A stretch of 60,787 nt of DNA, filler included, from Porpidia crustulata (taxonomy: Eukaryota): the NCBI GenBank assembly GCA_964255105.1. It is 6 parts of 6 records of this genome, joined end to end, with 100 filler letters (N's around TTAATTAATTAA, not from the genome) between each part and the next. Parts side by side here need not be neighbours in the genome. Positions count along the whole stretch, not along the records: positions 10,158 to 20,214 come from CAXUWE010000843.1; positions 20,315 to 30,363 come from CAXUWE010000844.1; 4 more parts are not named here. One strand, given 5' to 3'. Positions 13,401 to 24,695 of this stretch are shown one piece after another. Positions within the stretch are counted from its first letter, which is position 1; every line of letters starts with the position of its first letter. Under the pieces are notes generated by a model that did no database searches, had not been told where the DNA came from, and worked only from the letters and a program-made list of their open reading frames with translations. The translations under genes were made by a program, and so were the position numbers.

Positions 13401-13561
13401 TTCCAGCTTGTGGCCACGGTGGTCGCGCTGGCTGTTGGGACCGGTGTTTTGGCGCCGCTGGTGAGTTTTGTTCAAGGATCCCCTTGGTGTGCGGGTCCGT
13501 GTTTGCTAACGAAGTTTCGCAGGTGCGTAAAAAGCAGATTGACGCGACGTGGAAGGCCTGA
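10486..13561 (+). CDS. EMC1: ER membrane protein complex subunit 1 (PQQ-like propeller + DUF1620)
   Basis: Signal peptide then AVFADEAYQTDYHH. Motifs VASIGKALGDRNVLYKFLN, ENWFAYS, DPRRP, PSLLESTSLVFAFG and FDMLGKGFSK, plus a C-terminal TM and VRKKQIDATWKA*. Introns 11028-11086 and 13461-13522. Confidence 0.96.
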
Positions 13562-14997
13562 TGTGATATATACACTTTTTTATTCTTTATAGATTCTTAC
13601 TAGATACCTCTGTACCAATATGATGGCAAATGTCCGCAAAGTCCGTGATCATGTTACCTGGTCTCGAGCGGTCTAGCGGTTCAAATTGACATTTCGGACA
13701 GATATTCGACGCTCGTTGCTGCTTACGAAACCCCAAAAGTCCCTCCCTACATCTCATAGCTTTGCTCTTTCACGCTTGATATTACTAACATCCTCTAATA
13801 TCACACTATCTCTCACCACCCCTCCCACCACCAACACCAACAAAACCCCATCCACTGCACCAAGCGCCCTCGACCGCAATACAACTAAATTCAGTCAAAA
13901 TTAACCTCCTTTAGCGATCCCACCCTATGGTGCCCAGGAGACCACCCATCGCCCCTATAATCTCTTTCCCCTTCTTCTTCTCCAGCCCAATTAGACGCGC
14001 CATTTTCAGTCGTCTCGATCTATCGTTTTACAGCTACTACGCTAAGGGTATGCGGAGGGACAAGGTTTGGTAGATGAAGGAGCAGGTGCGTCTGTGGGTT
14101 GGAGATGAGAATTAGGTTATGGATTGGGAAGGGCTTGAAGGGCTGTGTGCGTGATGCGGGTGTAGAGGTTATGTGGGACGGGGGTGAACTGGCGTGTGTG
14201 TGTTGCGGGTTTAGGTGGTGGTGCAGAGGGGGTGCTGGAGTGGTGGGTACCTATGCGGTTGTGGGTAAAGCTTTGAGAGATTCTTGGGGGGGGAGGATGG
14301 ATATTGTGGAGAGCGATGGGATTCGCGGTTGAGGCTGCTGGGTGGCTGTTTCTACGAAGCAGATTTTTGGTACGACATATGGATACCGGGAGAATGACGG
14401 TTCAAGTGTTCGGGTAGGTACCTTACTTGTGCGTTTGGTGTGACGGGTAGGTAGGTAACACTATGCCTTTGGACGTTGTGCAGAGTTCCACGTTACATCG
14501 TGTTGTATTATCTACTAAAAAGGCCCGTATCATGGACGTTTGCAGACTAACGAAAAAGAAGAAAGAAAGAAAACGAACGGTTCTGTGAATAATTGAGTGA
14601 TTAGAATGCAAAGCTACCTACATAGATAATTGTGATTGTTTATTCTCGCTTGAAAGTGAAGGAGTGTGGAGCACCGGAGCACCAGAGCACCAGAGGGAAA
14701 GCAATAATGACGGAATACTAAGGTAGCTAGTTCTTCTTTTGGCCAGTGAACAGTAAGGTATCTACTGTGAATGAGGCTCTTGTCAAGGAGAGATCAGAAG
14801 CCCGATATTTCCCCCGCTCGGGAGTATGTCAAGCCGTCGTCTTCAGCCTCAACGTACCAAACTCGAACTTGGATTTCACACTCGTTCGCAAGGCTTCGCT
14901 TCTATTGGGGTCAAAAGGTTTGTCCGTCAAGGCAAAGGTTATCCTGGATACCCATCTACAGACGAGAGCCTGACTCAGTGATATCCAGAACCAAACC

Positions 14998-15588
14998 ATG
15001 CATCTTCAGAAGCCTCATCTTTGGGCCTCGCTCGCGTACTTCACCATCGCCAAGTCTCTCACACTGCCCGAATTCCCCCCCGGCAACGGAAGTCTCGAAG
15101 CGAGAACCAACTTGGTCAAACGTGGCCTCTGCACGCCCACCGGCGCTGGAGTCTGCAACTTCGGTGTCGAAAATAACGAGCCGCCCCTGGGTGACATCGA
15201 GCGATATGTCTACATCTTCAACAATAAATGCGAGGAGATTGGCTACACCGCCAACCCGCCCTCGCTGCCCTACAACCTTTACTCACAGCTGCCGTACACC
15301 GTGGTCATCTACGCGCTGGACGCGTCGTCTTCGCCACACATAGCGTTTCGGTACGGAGCCGACGACCTCGATTCGGACCGTGGCGGGTGTTCCTGTTCAG
15401 ATTGCAGTGGCGGTCTGGATGCTTGCGTTGAATGTCAATGCGCTTTTGATTGCAGAGGAGGATGCTCTGATGCGTGTGGAATTGGAGTTTGTGTTGCGGG
15501 GTCTGTGAGCTTGCTATCGGGTGTCTTTGCACGTGCGTTTGCAGTCTCGGATGAGCTGGCTGGACGGATTGATGATAACTTCTGCTAG
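14998..15588 (+). CDS. secreted cysteine-rich protein of unknown function (pre-pro form, Kex2-type KR site)
   Basis: 196-aa intronless ORF with hydrophobic N-terminus, LEAR...LVKR pro-region, 14 Cys after KR and coding-like codon usage. Confidence 0.8.
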   Translation: MHLQKPHLWASLAYFTIAKSLTLPEFPPGNGSLEARTNLVKRGLCTPTGAGVCNFGVENNEPPLGDIERYVYIFNNKCEEIGYTANPPSLPYNLYSQLPYTVVIYALDASSSPHIAFRYGADDLDSDRGGCSCSDCSGGLDACVECQCAFDCRGGCSDACGIGVCVAGSVSLLSGVFARAFAVSDELAGRIDDNFC

Positions 15589-16150
15589 CTCAACGATTGG
15601 AGGATGGAATGCCGCACTCTAGATCACGTCAATTCTCTCGCTCGTAGCAACTATGGCATTGGCTTGATATCTCGAACTTGACGTAGGTTCAATCTTATTC
15701 GTCGAGTTGTATCTACCTTCTGACTAAAACTCAATCTACGGAGCGTGGAGTAATACAAAAATCCGACAATAAGACAGAAGACAGGAGCAAGCAACTTTGT
15801 CGGTCATGTACGTCTCGTGGCTGATCAGCAATCCTGCGTCAATCTTCCACCAGGGTATGCCAAAAGTCATTGCAGCATTTTTGCAAGAGATACTTCGCTC
15901 AAGTGCTGCAATGACTTTTGACACCCCCTGGTACTCGATATCCCATAGAAGAGACTACGCAATGTCCCGCTTCCGAGTCACCATCGTGTTGCTCGTGATA
16001 CGAGGAATCGAATGCTTACTCGCAAGCCAGCGAACGCAGCCATCGTGTGCTTATTGTTTTTATTCTCAATCGCCTTCTCGAGTAGCTTGTTGCTGACGAC
16101 CGTTCGCTCAGGCGTCGATCGAATTGCATGCCGTTAGCGTCGTGGTCGGG

Positions 16151-16176
16151 GATAAACCGGAGATAAAGGATATAAA
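16151..16176 (+). promoter_or_regulatory. putative TATA box preceded by two GATAA motifs upstream of the SDR gene
   Basis: GATAAA (16151), AGATAA (16161) and TATAAA (16171), ~150 bp upstream of ATG 16323. Confidence 0.35.
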
Positions 16177-16322
16177 TCCGCATTGATCTCATGTTCGTCA
16201 GGGCGCTGTCGGAGTAACCCTCGACATTATATATCCATTATGTTTCCTCTCTAGTTTTCGAAAAAGTGAAATCTATCTAACCCATCTACTACGCTACAGA
16301 CCACCGTATCAAACATTCAACG

Positions 16323-17099
16323 ATGCCCGACGCACAGAAATACACCGCGAAACTCTCTGGGGCCCGCGTCCTTGTCATTGGCGGCAGCAGTGGCATAGGT
16401 TACGCCGTTGCTGAGGCTTCAGTGGAGCTTGGCGCCACCGTCATCATCTCCTCTTCTCAGGAATCCCGCGTCAAATCCAGCATTGAGAAACTCATCGAGT
16501 CCTACCCTTCGGCCAGAAACCGCATTTCCGGCCATGCCTGCGACCTTTCTGTTCCGACGGTGGAAGAAAACATCAAAAAGCTCCTCGAACAGACCGGGAC
16601 GGTTGACCACATTGTCTTCACGGCGGGTGATCCATTGTCGACTACATCCATCCACAATGTCACGCTCGAAGGGATTCAGAAGGTCGGCATGGTCCGCTTC
16701 TACGCGCCCCTTCTCGTCGCCAAATACGCCTCCCAGTACCTCTCGCCGGGCCCCACCTCATCCTTGACCTTGACGACAGGTTCCCTTTCTCAGAAGCCCA
16801 TGGCCGGCAGGACCGTAACGGCTGCCTTCGGCGGCGGCTTGCACAGCATGGCGAGAAACCTATCCGTCGACCTCAAGCCGATCCGAGTCAACTTAATCTC
16901 TCCCGGGCCCGTGGAAACGCCGTTGTGGGATGCTATGGGCAAGACGCGGCTTGAGGAGTTCAAGAGGGATTCTGGAAAGAGGCTTGCGACTGGGCAGGTT
17001 GGACAGCCCGAGGACGTGGCGGAGGCGTATCTTTTTGCGATGAAGGATAAGAACTGTACGGGGAGTGTGATTGATTCGAACGGAGGGTGGCTGTTATAG
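16323..17099 (+). CDS. short-chain dehydrogenase/reductase (atypical, no YxxxK)
   Basis: Rossmann motif VLVIGGSSGIG, then DHIVFTAG, PIRVNLISPGPVETPLW, GQPEDVAEAY and TGSVIDSNGG; intronless, 258 aa. Confidence 0.93.
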   Translation: MPDAQKYTAKLSGARVLVIGGSSGIGYAVAEASVELGATVIISSSQESRVKSSIEKLIESYPSARNRISGHACDLSVPTVEENIKKLLEQTGTVDHIVFTAGDPLSTTSIHNVTLEGIQKVGMVRFYAPLLVAKYASQYLSPGPTSSLTLTTGSLSQKPMAGRTVTAAFGGGLHSMARNLSVDLKPIRVNLISPGPVETPLWDAMGKTRLEEFKRDSGKRLATGQVGQPEDVAEAYLFAMKDKNCTGSVIDSNGGWLL

Positions 17100-18551
17100 T
17101 AGAGGTTGGGTGATTCTGTAGCATCTCCACAACCAATACCTGCTTCGGTGCGTTTGTCGGATAGCGCACGTTTGAACCATGAGATGAGACATAAAGACCC
17201 ACATTGCACCTCCGAATATGTTTGCTTAACAAGGCCCACTGGAAACTGAACCTTGTCAAGATTCCTCACCGAAGCATTGATAGCCATTATCATGTTTCAA
17301 TCTGACCCTGCCAAGTCGTCGCACCCGTCCCAACCTCTCGGTTCGTCTGCCTGGAACACGGTCCAGGAGTTTCGCAGCGCCGTCGTGTCATGTCGCGGGA
17401 CGGGATCGGGGGGTTTTGCTGCGCCTCGTGGGGACGTGTGGTCGGGATGTGGGGGCTGGTGTGTGCTTTTTTCGTGAGGCCGATTAGACGATGGTGGAAA
17501 GGTGAGTAGTCATCTGCTCGATGGGGTGCTTTAATTCCAGTGTTGGTTTCCTTGATTTTCTAAACAGATGACATTCGAAGAGGTAGGCGGAAGTCGGAAG
17601 GCGAACGAAGAGAGCGAATTAAAGCTGACTTTTATGATTAGCTAATCGCTCCCTGTTCAAGCCCTACCAGGCCGGATCGGGAAATTCTTCCGAGAATCTT
17701 GGGAATCATTTTGTTCCGTCTCCATCCTAGACTTTGGTAGTTCTTTCTTAGCATCATTCCATGTTGAAAGCATTCAATCTCTCAGATTTCGACTGACTGA
17801 CAAGGAGGCTGTAAGAGCCTACGTACTACTGTGTTTTGCAATGTTTGCTAATTATGGCCAACCCACAAATAAGCCATCGACTTCCTTTCTCTCATTTGTT
17901 TATTTTTCCGTTGTGGTTGCCATGCGTTTCATGTCAAGATACTAGATTGACAGCAGCACCCGTCTAAACTGCATCTCCATTCTCCGCTCTTCAGCCTCTA
18001 CACGTTTCTTCGTTTCCATCTTACTACGTCCTCTAGTTCCATGTCGATCGTTGCTCCCATCAGGATGGTACTGTGCTTCTTCTCCGCACGCTTGCCTTTC
18101 ACCTCTCCGCTTTCCCCCAAGGGGGTGATTGGTAGTGTGGACGTAGTAGGGCTGTGACGTTTCTGGAACTGGATGTCTCTAAACTTGGAGGCTCTGTGAT
18201 ATCATACGTTTGCAGATTATACAGAAATAGCCAATTTGAGGCGTTCTGGCTTGAGGATGGGACCGTATAGCATTTCCTTACTCGATGATGCCCGTCACTT
18301 CATCGTCACTTCAAGTACATAAAAATATATATATATACGTAGGCAAAGTATCTCAATTTGTATCTCAACATCATATTCAAGTCACAGTCACATACTCTGG
18401 AGTACTACACTGCAAGTCACCACATTTCTTTTCGTCTCGTCTTACTATCAATCCATATTACGAACAGCTATTTCAAACCACTGCACTACAGACTATTTTG
18501 AATCATCTAGAAGCACTTCATATCTCATTTTCCTCGGTCTCATCATAAACC

Positions 18552-19318
18552 ATGCTTCAATCAAAGATTTTACTGGCTTTGGCAAGCATTATTGCTTCCG
18601 CTTCCGCTTTGCCATCTGTCTATCAAAGGAGGCAGGCCCAAACTATCGTAGGAGTTGCCACTTTCAATGACTATTCAACTCAGAAAGGAGGTACAGTCTG
18701 TGGAAATATGGGTGTTAAAAGCAAAGTCGGTACGGTCCTCACATCTCCACCACATGGATCTTCGTATTGAATGAGCTACATACAGACAACATCAACCTCA
18801 TCGGTGCTGCAGCTGGTGACCTCAGCCCCCAGCTATCTGCTGGCCGCTGCGATGGCACTAATTCAAATCCCAAGTTCACCGGTTACGACAAGTCTCAATG
18901 GTATGGAATGTCTTCTCCAAATATCCCGTTCCTCCGCCGCCTCCTTTCAATTTCCCAAACTAACGCTTACTCCAGCGATATCGGCAAACATCAAGCCCTC
19001 CCCCACGCTCCTCATCCTGCGTGCCCTCACGTAAAATGCAATGTCTGCTACGGCGTCGCCAGCTTCGGAGAATATGGGTCCCCCAATACAGGCGCTCAAC
19101 AACATCAAAGCATCATCGTCCAGATAATCGATGTGTGCCCGGCTGGCAGTGCGCTCAATTACTGCAAAGACAACGTCCCCTTGGACGAGAGGTGCGGCCA
19201 AGGGAACAGCCTGGACATTGATTACAGCGGGTACAAGAAGCTTACGGGGACTGCATACAATCAAAGTCCTAAACATCCGAATCTGAAGATCCATATCACT
19301 CCTGTGTCTTGCCCTTAG
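18552..19318 (+). CDS. secreted RlpA-like double-psi beta-barrel (expansin/GH45-related) protein
   Basis: Signal peptide; ATFNDY...TVCG, GAAAGDLSP, CNVCYGV, IIVQIIDVCP, NYCK, ERCG, SLDID, C-terminal ITPVSCP*. Introns 18730-18785 and 18901-18975. Confidence 0.82.
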
Positions 19319-20214
19319 GGCAGATCGGGCGCTGGTGGTGGTGATGGTGGACGAAACCATCATTGATCTGCAAGGCTTTGCGACCAGATATTAAATCTAT
19401 CTTATCTTGCATGCACGGCATCTCACTCTCTAGAGTCAGACGGAGGGTCTAGCATCGGTATTGCACTATGCACACCACATTATTTCTTATGCAGCATTCC
19501 TAGCACCCCTGGTTTATTCCCATGTTCGGATGGCTGTTCATAGCATATATAATTGAGATTACTACAATATTCCTTTCCCGAGAACAAAAGATCGAGAAAG
19601 ATACACAGAATCATCATATGAACACCGCTGTTTTGTAGTGGAGCCCAAAATCACGAGAAATCGGGATGATACCTGATTTCCGCGAATTGCAACGGTCTTG
19701 ACGCAAACGTAGATTCGTTTCATGACTGATCAGAATCGGAATCAGACACTCACAGCTTTGTACAATATCCAATTGATTTATATCAATCCATTCTCGGCTC
19801 GAATTATCCTCGTCTGCATCATAAAAAACATTGATACCACATTCACTATCGCATCCCATCTAATACACATGCTGTATGTATCCATCCTATTTTATCGTAA
19901 TTGTGCTTCACTTGCGCAAACAATTTATACGAATTGCACCTCATTCCTTCTCATCCCTTCGCAGCTTTGGTTCCTGAAATCCGCAGACAAGACATGAGTC
20001 ATAGTGCACTTTGTGACTACAAACCACCAAGGTGTCTCCAAACGCAATGTTCAATTTTCATTATCCAGTTCTCTGCTCTTCACGCTCCGTTCGTCTCACT
20101 ATTTCCTCGAGGAACGCTGCCAACATTCTTGCACCCTTTAAGATTCTTCACTATCCCCCGCATCATCTCCAACCCCTCTCATCTTTATCCAGACGCCCAT
20201 CATCAACAATGCCC

Positions 20215-20314
20215 NNNNNNNNNNNNNNNNNNNNNNNNNNNNNNNNNNNNNNNNNNNNTTAATTAATTAANNNNNNNNNNNNNNNNNNNNNNNNNNNNNN
20301 NNNNNNNNNNNNNN
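20215..20314. other. artificial contig-joining pad
   Basis: N44-TTAATTAATTAA-N44. Confidence 0.97.
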
Positions 20315-20391
20315 ATATGATGCTGCGCAGTTTGAACATCGACTTGCGGGTCATCGGGTTTGATAAGAAGGAAGGGAGGTGGGTTGATTAG
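20315..20391 (+). CDS. C-terminal fragment of an unidentified protein, cut by contig start
   Basis: Open frame from the contig edge: MMLRSLNIDLRVIGFDKKEGRWVD*. Protein-like with G-rich third positions like other gene 3' ends here; convergent with HRD3. Confidence 0.5.
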
Positions 20392-20849
20392 CCAGAACGC
20401 TTGCGGTCAAAGATGGGGATGGGCGGAAGAGTTGTAGAGGAAAAAGTGGAGGAGAGGGAGGGACGCGAAAGAGAGCATGAGGAGGATGAAAATCGAGTTG
20501 GATGTCATTGCGTTTGAGGACAAGGGAGGTGGATTGATTTAGAGGATCAGTAAGAGGTTCACAGTACCCGATGTGATGGGATTGCTGGATACGGTTTGCT
20601 GCACGCGTGCATGGAGTTGCCTGCTTCTAGCTTCAGAGATACCCCTTTTCGCTTGTCTGCATTTCCGTCCACACACACCTAGATATACAAGTTGCTGCGC
20701 GGTCACAAAGCAGAATATTCACAACACAGTCCAACGTATCGAAATTTTGAGGTGAAGGCCATCGCTCCAAACGCTGTCAAAAACCACAATAACCCGTATC
20801 CCCATTCCCAATTTTGTACACACCTCCCAAACGCCATCCCCCCTCACCC

Positions 20850-23585
20850 CTAATTTCCCACGCCACCAGCAACCCACTGCGCGAATCCCGGATCCCCCGG
20901 TGGCGGAAAGAACCCCTCATCTGCCTGCTGGCCCTCTGCAGCCGGCGGCGCAGCCACACCACCGCCCTGCTGCCGCTGTCTCTCCATTTCGCGCCGATGA
21001 GTCGTCTGTCGCTGCTGCCGATAATATACTAGAAATGCCAAGGCGGCCGCCAAAGCGACGATGACCAAGGATTCGATGACGCTGTCGTCGATGTCGTCGT
21101 AGTAGTCGTCTGCACCGCCGGGTATGGGGTCTGGGCCTGTGGGGTCGGTGAAGTCGTCGTCGCCGTCGGGGCCGTCGGAGTGGTAGTAAGGGTGGGAGTC
21201 GTCGAGGAAGTTGGAGATCCATTCGCGGAAGGACCATGGGGTTTCGGGCGTGGCTAAGTGATTGTCAGTGTGCTGTGAGTGGCAAGGGGAGGGGAGGATT
21301 GGGCAAAGGGCACGTACCGGGTTCGGGCTGGATGGAGTTGACTTTTCCATTTGTGACTGTATTCCAAAAGCTACGCATGCGCAGCTTAGTGAGGCTGAGT
21401 TTGACGGGAAGGTACGATTCTTGATTGGTTTCCAAGGCTTGATCGTAGAAGCGCTTCGCGAGGTGAAAGTCTTGTTCGACGCCGATCCCGTTCTCATGGA
21501 TCCAACCGAGGTTCCATAGAGCCTGTGCGCTTTGGTGTGTCTCAGCTGCTGTCTGGTAGCATGTTGCTGCTTTCTCCATGTCTGCTTGGACGCCATACCC
21601 GCCAAGGTAGTAGTCTCCCATCTTAACCATGGAGTCAATGTTAGACTGCTTGGCCGACCGAGTCCAGTAAATCAGAGCAAGCATGGCGTTCCGGAGAAGC
21701 GATGGTCGCCGCTTCTTCCAGGGAGTCACCAAATCCAGGGGGAGAATGGACTTATATTCGTCTAACATGTATGCAACGTTAGCCTGAGCAGACTCATAGC
21801 CCTGCTCAGCTGCCATCAAGTAAGCGACCAATGCAGTTTCCATATCGTCATCTTCATAGGCCTTGTTCGCTTCGTCAAAGGAGGAGTGGATGGTCTCGAC
21901 CTTTTCGGCTACGATTTTGTAATACGCCGTGGCCATTCCACATGACCGATCACGACCAACCCCATTGTTGCTTATTTCGGCAAGGTGGTAAAAAGCCTCG
22001 ATGTGTCCATGTCGTGCGGCAATTTCAAAGTAGCGTGTTGCCGTTGCCGTATCTCCTTGATCGAGGTATAATTGGCCGAGTCTTACTTGAGCGCCGGCAA
22101 AATCCTGGTTGGCAGCCTCCTTGAAGTAATCCGCAGCAGTTACGCCATCTTTGCGAGTACCTAAACCTTGAAGGTACATCAAGCCAAGCTCATATTGGCA
22201 CAACGCATCACCATTGGCGAGCCCACGCCTGAACCAAGTCGAAGCCTTCTCATAGCTTTGTTCCATGCCCTCACCGCGAAGAAACATTCGTCCAAGATAC
22301 CCGGCAGCTTTCGAAGCGATTTTCCCAATACCGTTGTCCTCGGACTTTATTGAGCCGTCTTTTGCCCAGTATTGCCGGACCACAATCATGAAATAAGCTC
22401 GAGCTGTCTTGAGATTCCGCTTCATAGTCCGCGATCCCTCATAGTGTAAACGCCCGAGGCTAAACGTGGCTTTCAAGTCTCCCTTCCGAGACATTAGATC
22501 CAAGTATTCTAAGACATCATCAAAAGCTGCATGGGTATCAGAATTCGGTCCGGCTTTGTTTGCATGGACTCCTGAGCTAACGACACTGGCACCCTCTCCA
22601 TAAACGCCGCCCTCCTCATCAGCCAGCTTATACGCATCTCGCTGCAGCGCTACACCACCTGGTGGACCCGACCTTGAATATGCTATGGCCTTGTCTGCAA
22701 CCTCTTTGTACCAGTAAGCAGCTTCGTTACAGTTTCTTGGAGTTCCCACTCCTGTATGGTGTCGGAATGCCGCAGTCATCTGGGACTTTGTGTTTCCACC
22801 CATGGCCGAGAAGGTATGATACATCAAAGCCTTCGCCTGGTCTCTTTCCACAGCTCCCCCAATTCCAGTAGCGTACATAAACCCAAGCATGTGTTGCGCC
22901 GAGGCGTTTCCATTCAATGAAGAGAGATCATGATACCTTCGAAAGGCTTCCTTGTAATTCTTAGGATGAGTATAGTTCCCGAAAAAGTTCATTTCTGCCA
23001 GGAGAAACATCGCATCTGGATCCTTGTCCGACGCAGCACGTTCGAGCAGACCTACAGCCTGAGTTAAAGGTTTGCTAAGTTTAAGTTGTTCCGGCTGTGG
23101 GTTGAGGTAGTCATCCTGCGATGGCACATTCATGAAGAGTAGAAAGAAGGCCTCTTTAGCATAGTAAACCGATGTACCGACGAAGCCAGAGCCCTTGTCG
23201 AACCTAATGAGGCGATTTCGCTGAGCCTGCAACGTGCGAAGTAAGGAGAGGGCTTCTAGAACTATAAGTGCGGCTGCACCATTCTCAGTTTAGTTCAGAA
23301 TATTCAGTACACAGGATATACCTTGACCACCACTGTTGTTTCCCTCTTGCTGCCATCGTGAGACACCATCAGAGGTGTCTTTGGCGGAGGAATCGGCATG
23401 TGTCCGCTGATCGCTACGCACCCGCACGTCCTGATCAATAGAAACGCCTTGGAATTGCGCCCGGGCTGTTATACAGAAGATCCAGAGCAAGACTATCCCT
23501 CAAATTGGATCAGTAAGTTGTCAAACTTGGAATTACCCGGATTGGAGAGCGTACGCCATAGAAAATATAACGGTCGTTCCTTCAT
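20850..23585 (-). CDS. HRD3: Hrd3/SEL1L ERAD ubiquitin-ligase complex subunit (Sel1 repeats, C-terminal TM)
   Basis: Spliced start MKERPLYFLWLLLWIFCITARA (signal peptide). Many Sel1 repeats (AQHMLGFMYATGIG, GRMFLRGEG, LGLMYLQGLG, AAEQGYESAQAN, KMGDYYLGGYG, WNLGWIHENGIGVEQDFHLAKRFYD). Last intron 21254-21317, then TM and AQWVAGGVGN*. Confidence 0.94.
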
Positions 23586-23782
23586 TGCTGCTAACTCTCT
23601 CCTTAAGTGAGAGGTGGAAGCAGTAATAGTGACGGGGGCATACACATATGCTTAGAATGATGATGCTACCGCCAAATCATTATCAGATGGAATCGTCTGC
23701 AAATATCGTCGTACATGGACGATGATGCCAGCTAAGCTCAACCTCGGCCACGCTAGAAAAGTATTCAGCCCTATGATAGCAT

Positions 23783-23898
23783 CTACTCGTCTTCACCCCT
23801 CAACGGATCACACCCCTCAAAGGAACAGCAGGCCTAGGGTTAGGGTTATTCTCATTAGTTTGAGCCTAGTTGCTCCGTTGAGGGGTGAAAACAAGTAG
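23783..23898. mobile_element. MITE-like element with 28-bp terminal inverted repeats and telomere-type core (copy 2)
   Basis: Left CTACTCGTCTTCACCCCTCAACGGATCA vs reverse complement of right CTACTTGTTTTCACCCCTCAACGGAGCA (3 mismatches). TA at both ends; internal AACAGCAGGCCTAGGGTTAGGGTT; duplicated CACCCCTCAA. Confidence 0.78.
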
Positions 23899-24695
23899 CC
23901 TTATGGAACTTAGTGAATGCAGGGCTTTCCTACCCCAACCCTTCATCGGCAAGTTGTTGATCGTGTTTAATAAGGACGGTATCAAGTAAGACGACTACCC
24001 TTCTATTTGAACTGTGTCAATTTTTGGATGGGGATTTCAGATGAAGAGACTGTATTCGCGAAATAAAAAGCTCGACCGAACTTCTCAATCCACATGTGTG
24101 GACTAAGAATATGGGGGCAACGGAAAGGCAAGAAATAATAAGCGATGGGATTGGACTTTATATAGGTCAAACATGAGCTCCGTCAAAGGGTCATTTCATA
24201 CTCATGCAGAGAATTCCATGGTCAATTGATGGATCGAAGCTCCACTCGTTCTGTGACGAAGTACAGTAGAACGTGCTTGGAAGGATAGAACAATCTATCT
24301 AGCCCATAATACCTTTCACTTTTGACCCATATACCTTGCCTGGCCTTTTTTACCGCCAAGGCGCTGCTGGTGTGTAAATGGAGTGCTGTATATATGCAGC
24401 TGCTTCAGTCTCGACCGCTGGATATATTGCAGCCACCATGTCATCCCTTTAGAAAATGGAATTGCCTCAAAGGGAAGAGTGATAGGGCCTTTTTCACATT
24501 AAAACTTGGGAAATTGAAATCCATTAAGACTTCCATTTCCCCTTTCATTATTTATGTGATAGATAGTCTGGTTGGGAAAGCCTACTTAATTAGTAGGCTC
24601 ATTTGTTTCCTTCGGAAATTCTCTAATAAAATTACAATTTCTAGCCCCACATATCGAAGTCACAGTTCATTCGATTCTAGCCCTTTGCACAAGTC

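Noticed and set aside
11132..13575. Many overlapping and antisense ORFs within EMC1 (likewise within HRD3, YTA12, BCAS3-like and CWC22)
   Set aside because: Shadow ORFs produced by GC-rich codon usage of the real genes.
13660..13700. GGTCTAGCGGTTCAAAT resembling tRNA A/B boxes
   Set aside because: Boxes are abutting, with no cloverleaf or acceptor stem.
13750..14430. Strongly C/G-skewed stretch with intron-like signals on the minus strand
   Set aside because: Multiple stops in all frames and no recognisable family; cannot support a gene call.
14669..14695. 8-bp tandem repeat (GAGCACCR)x3; similarly (TGATGCT)x3 near 51420
   Set aside because: Short microsatellite-like slippage with no further evidence of function.
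20209..20391. ATG in good context just before the pad (20209) and a C-terminal fragment just after it, suggesting one gene spanning the gap
   Set aside because: Contigs are size-sorted and joined artificially, so the two ends are almost certainly unrelated.
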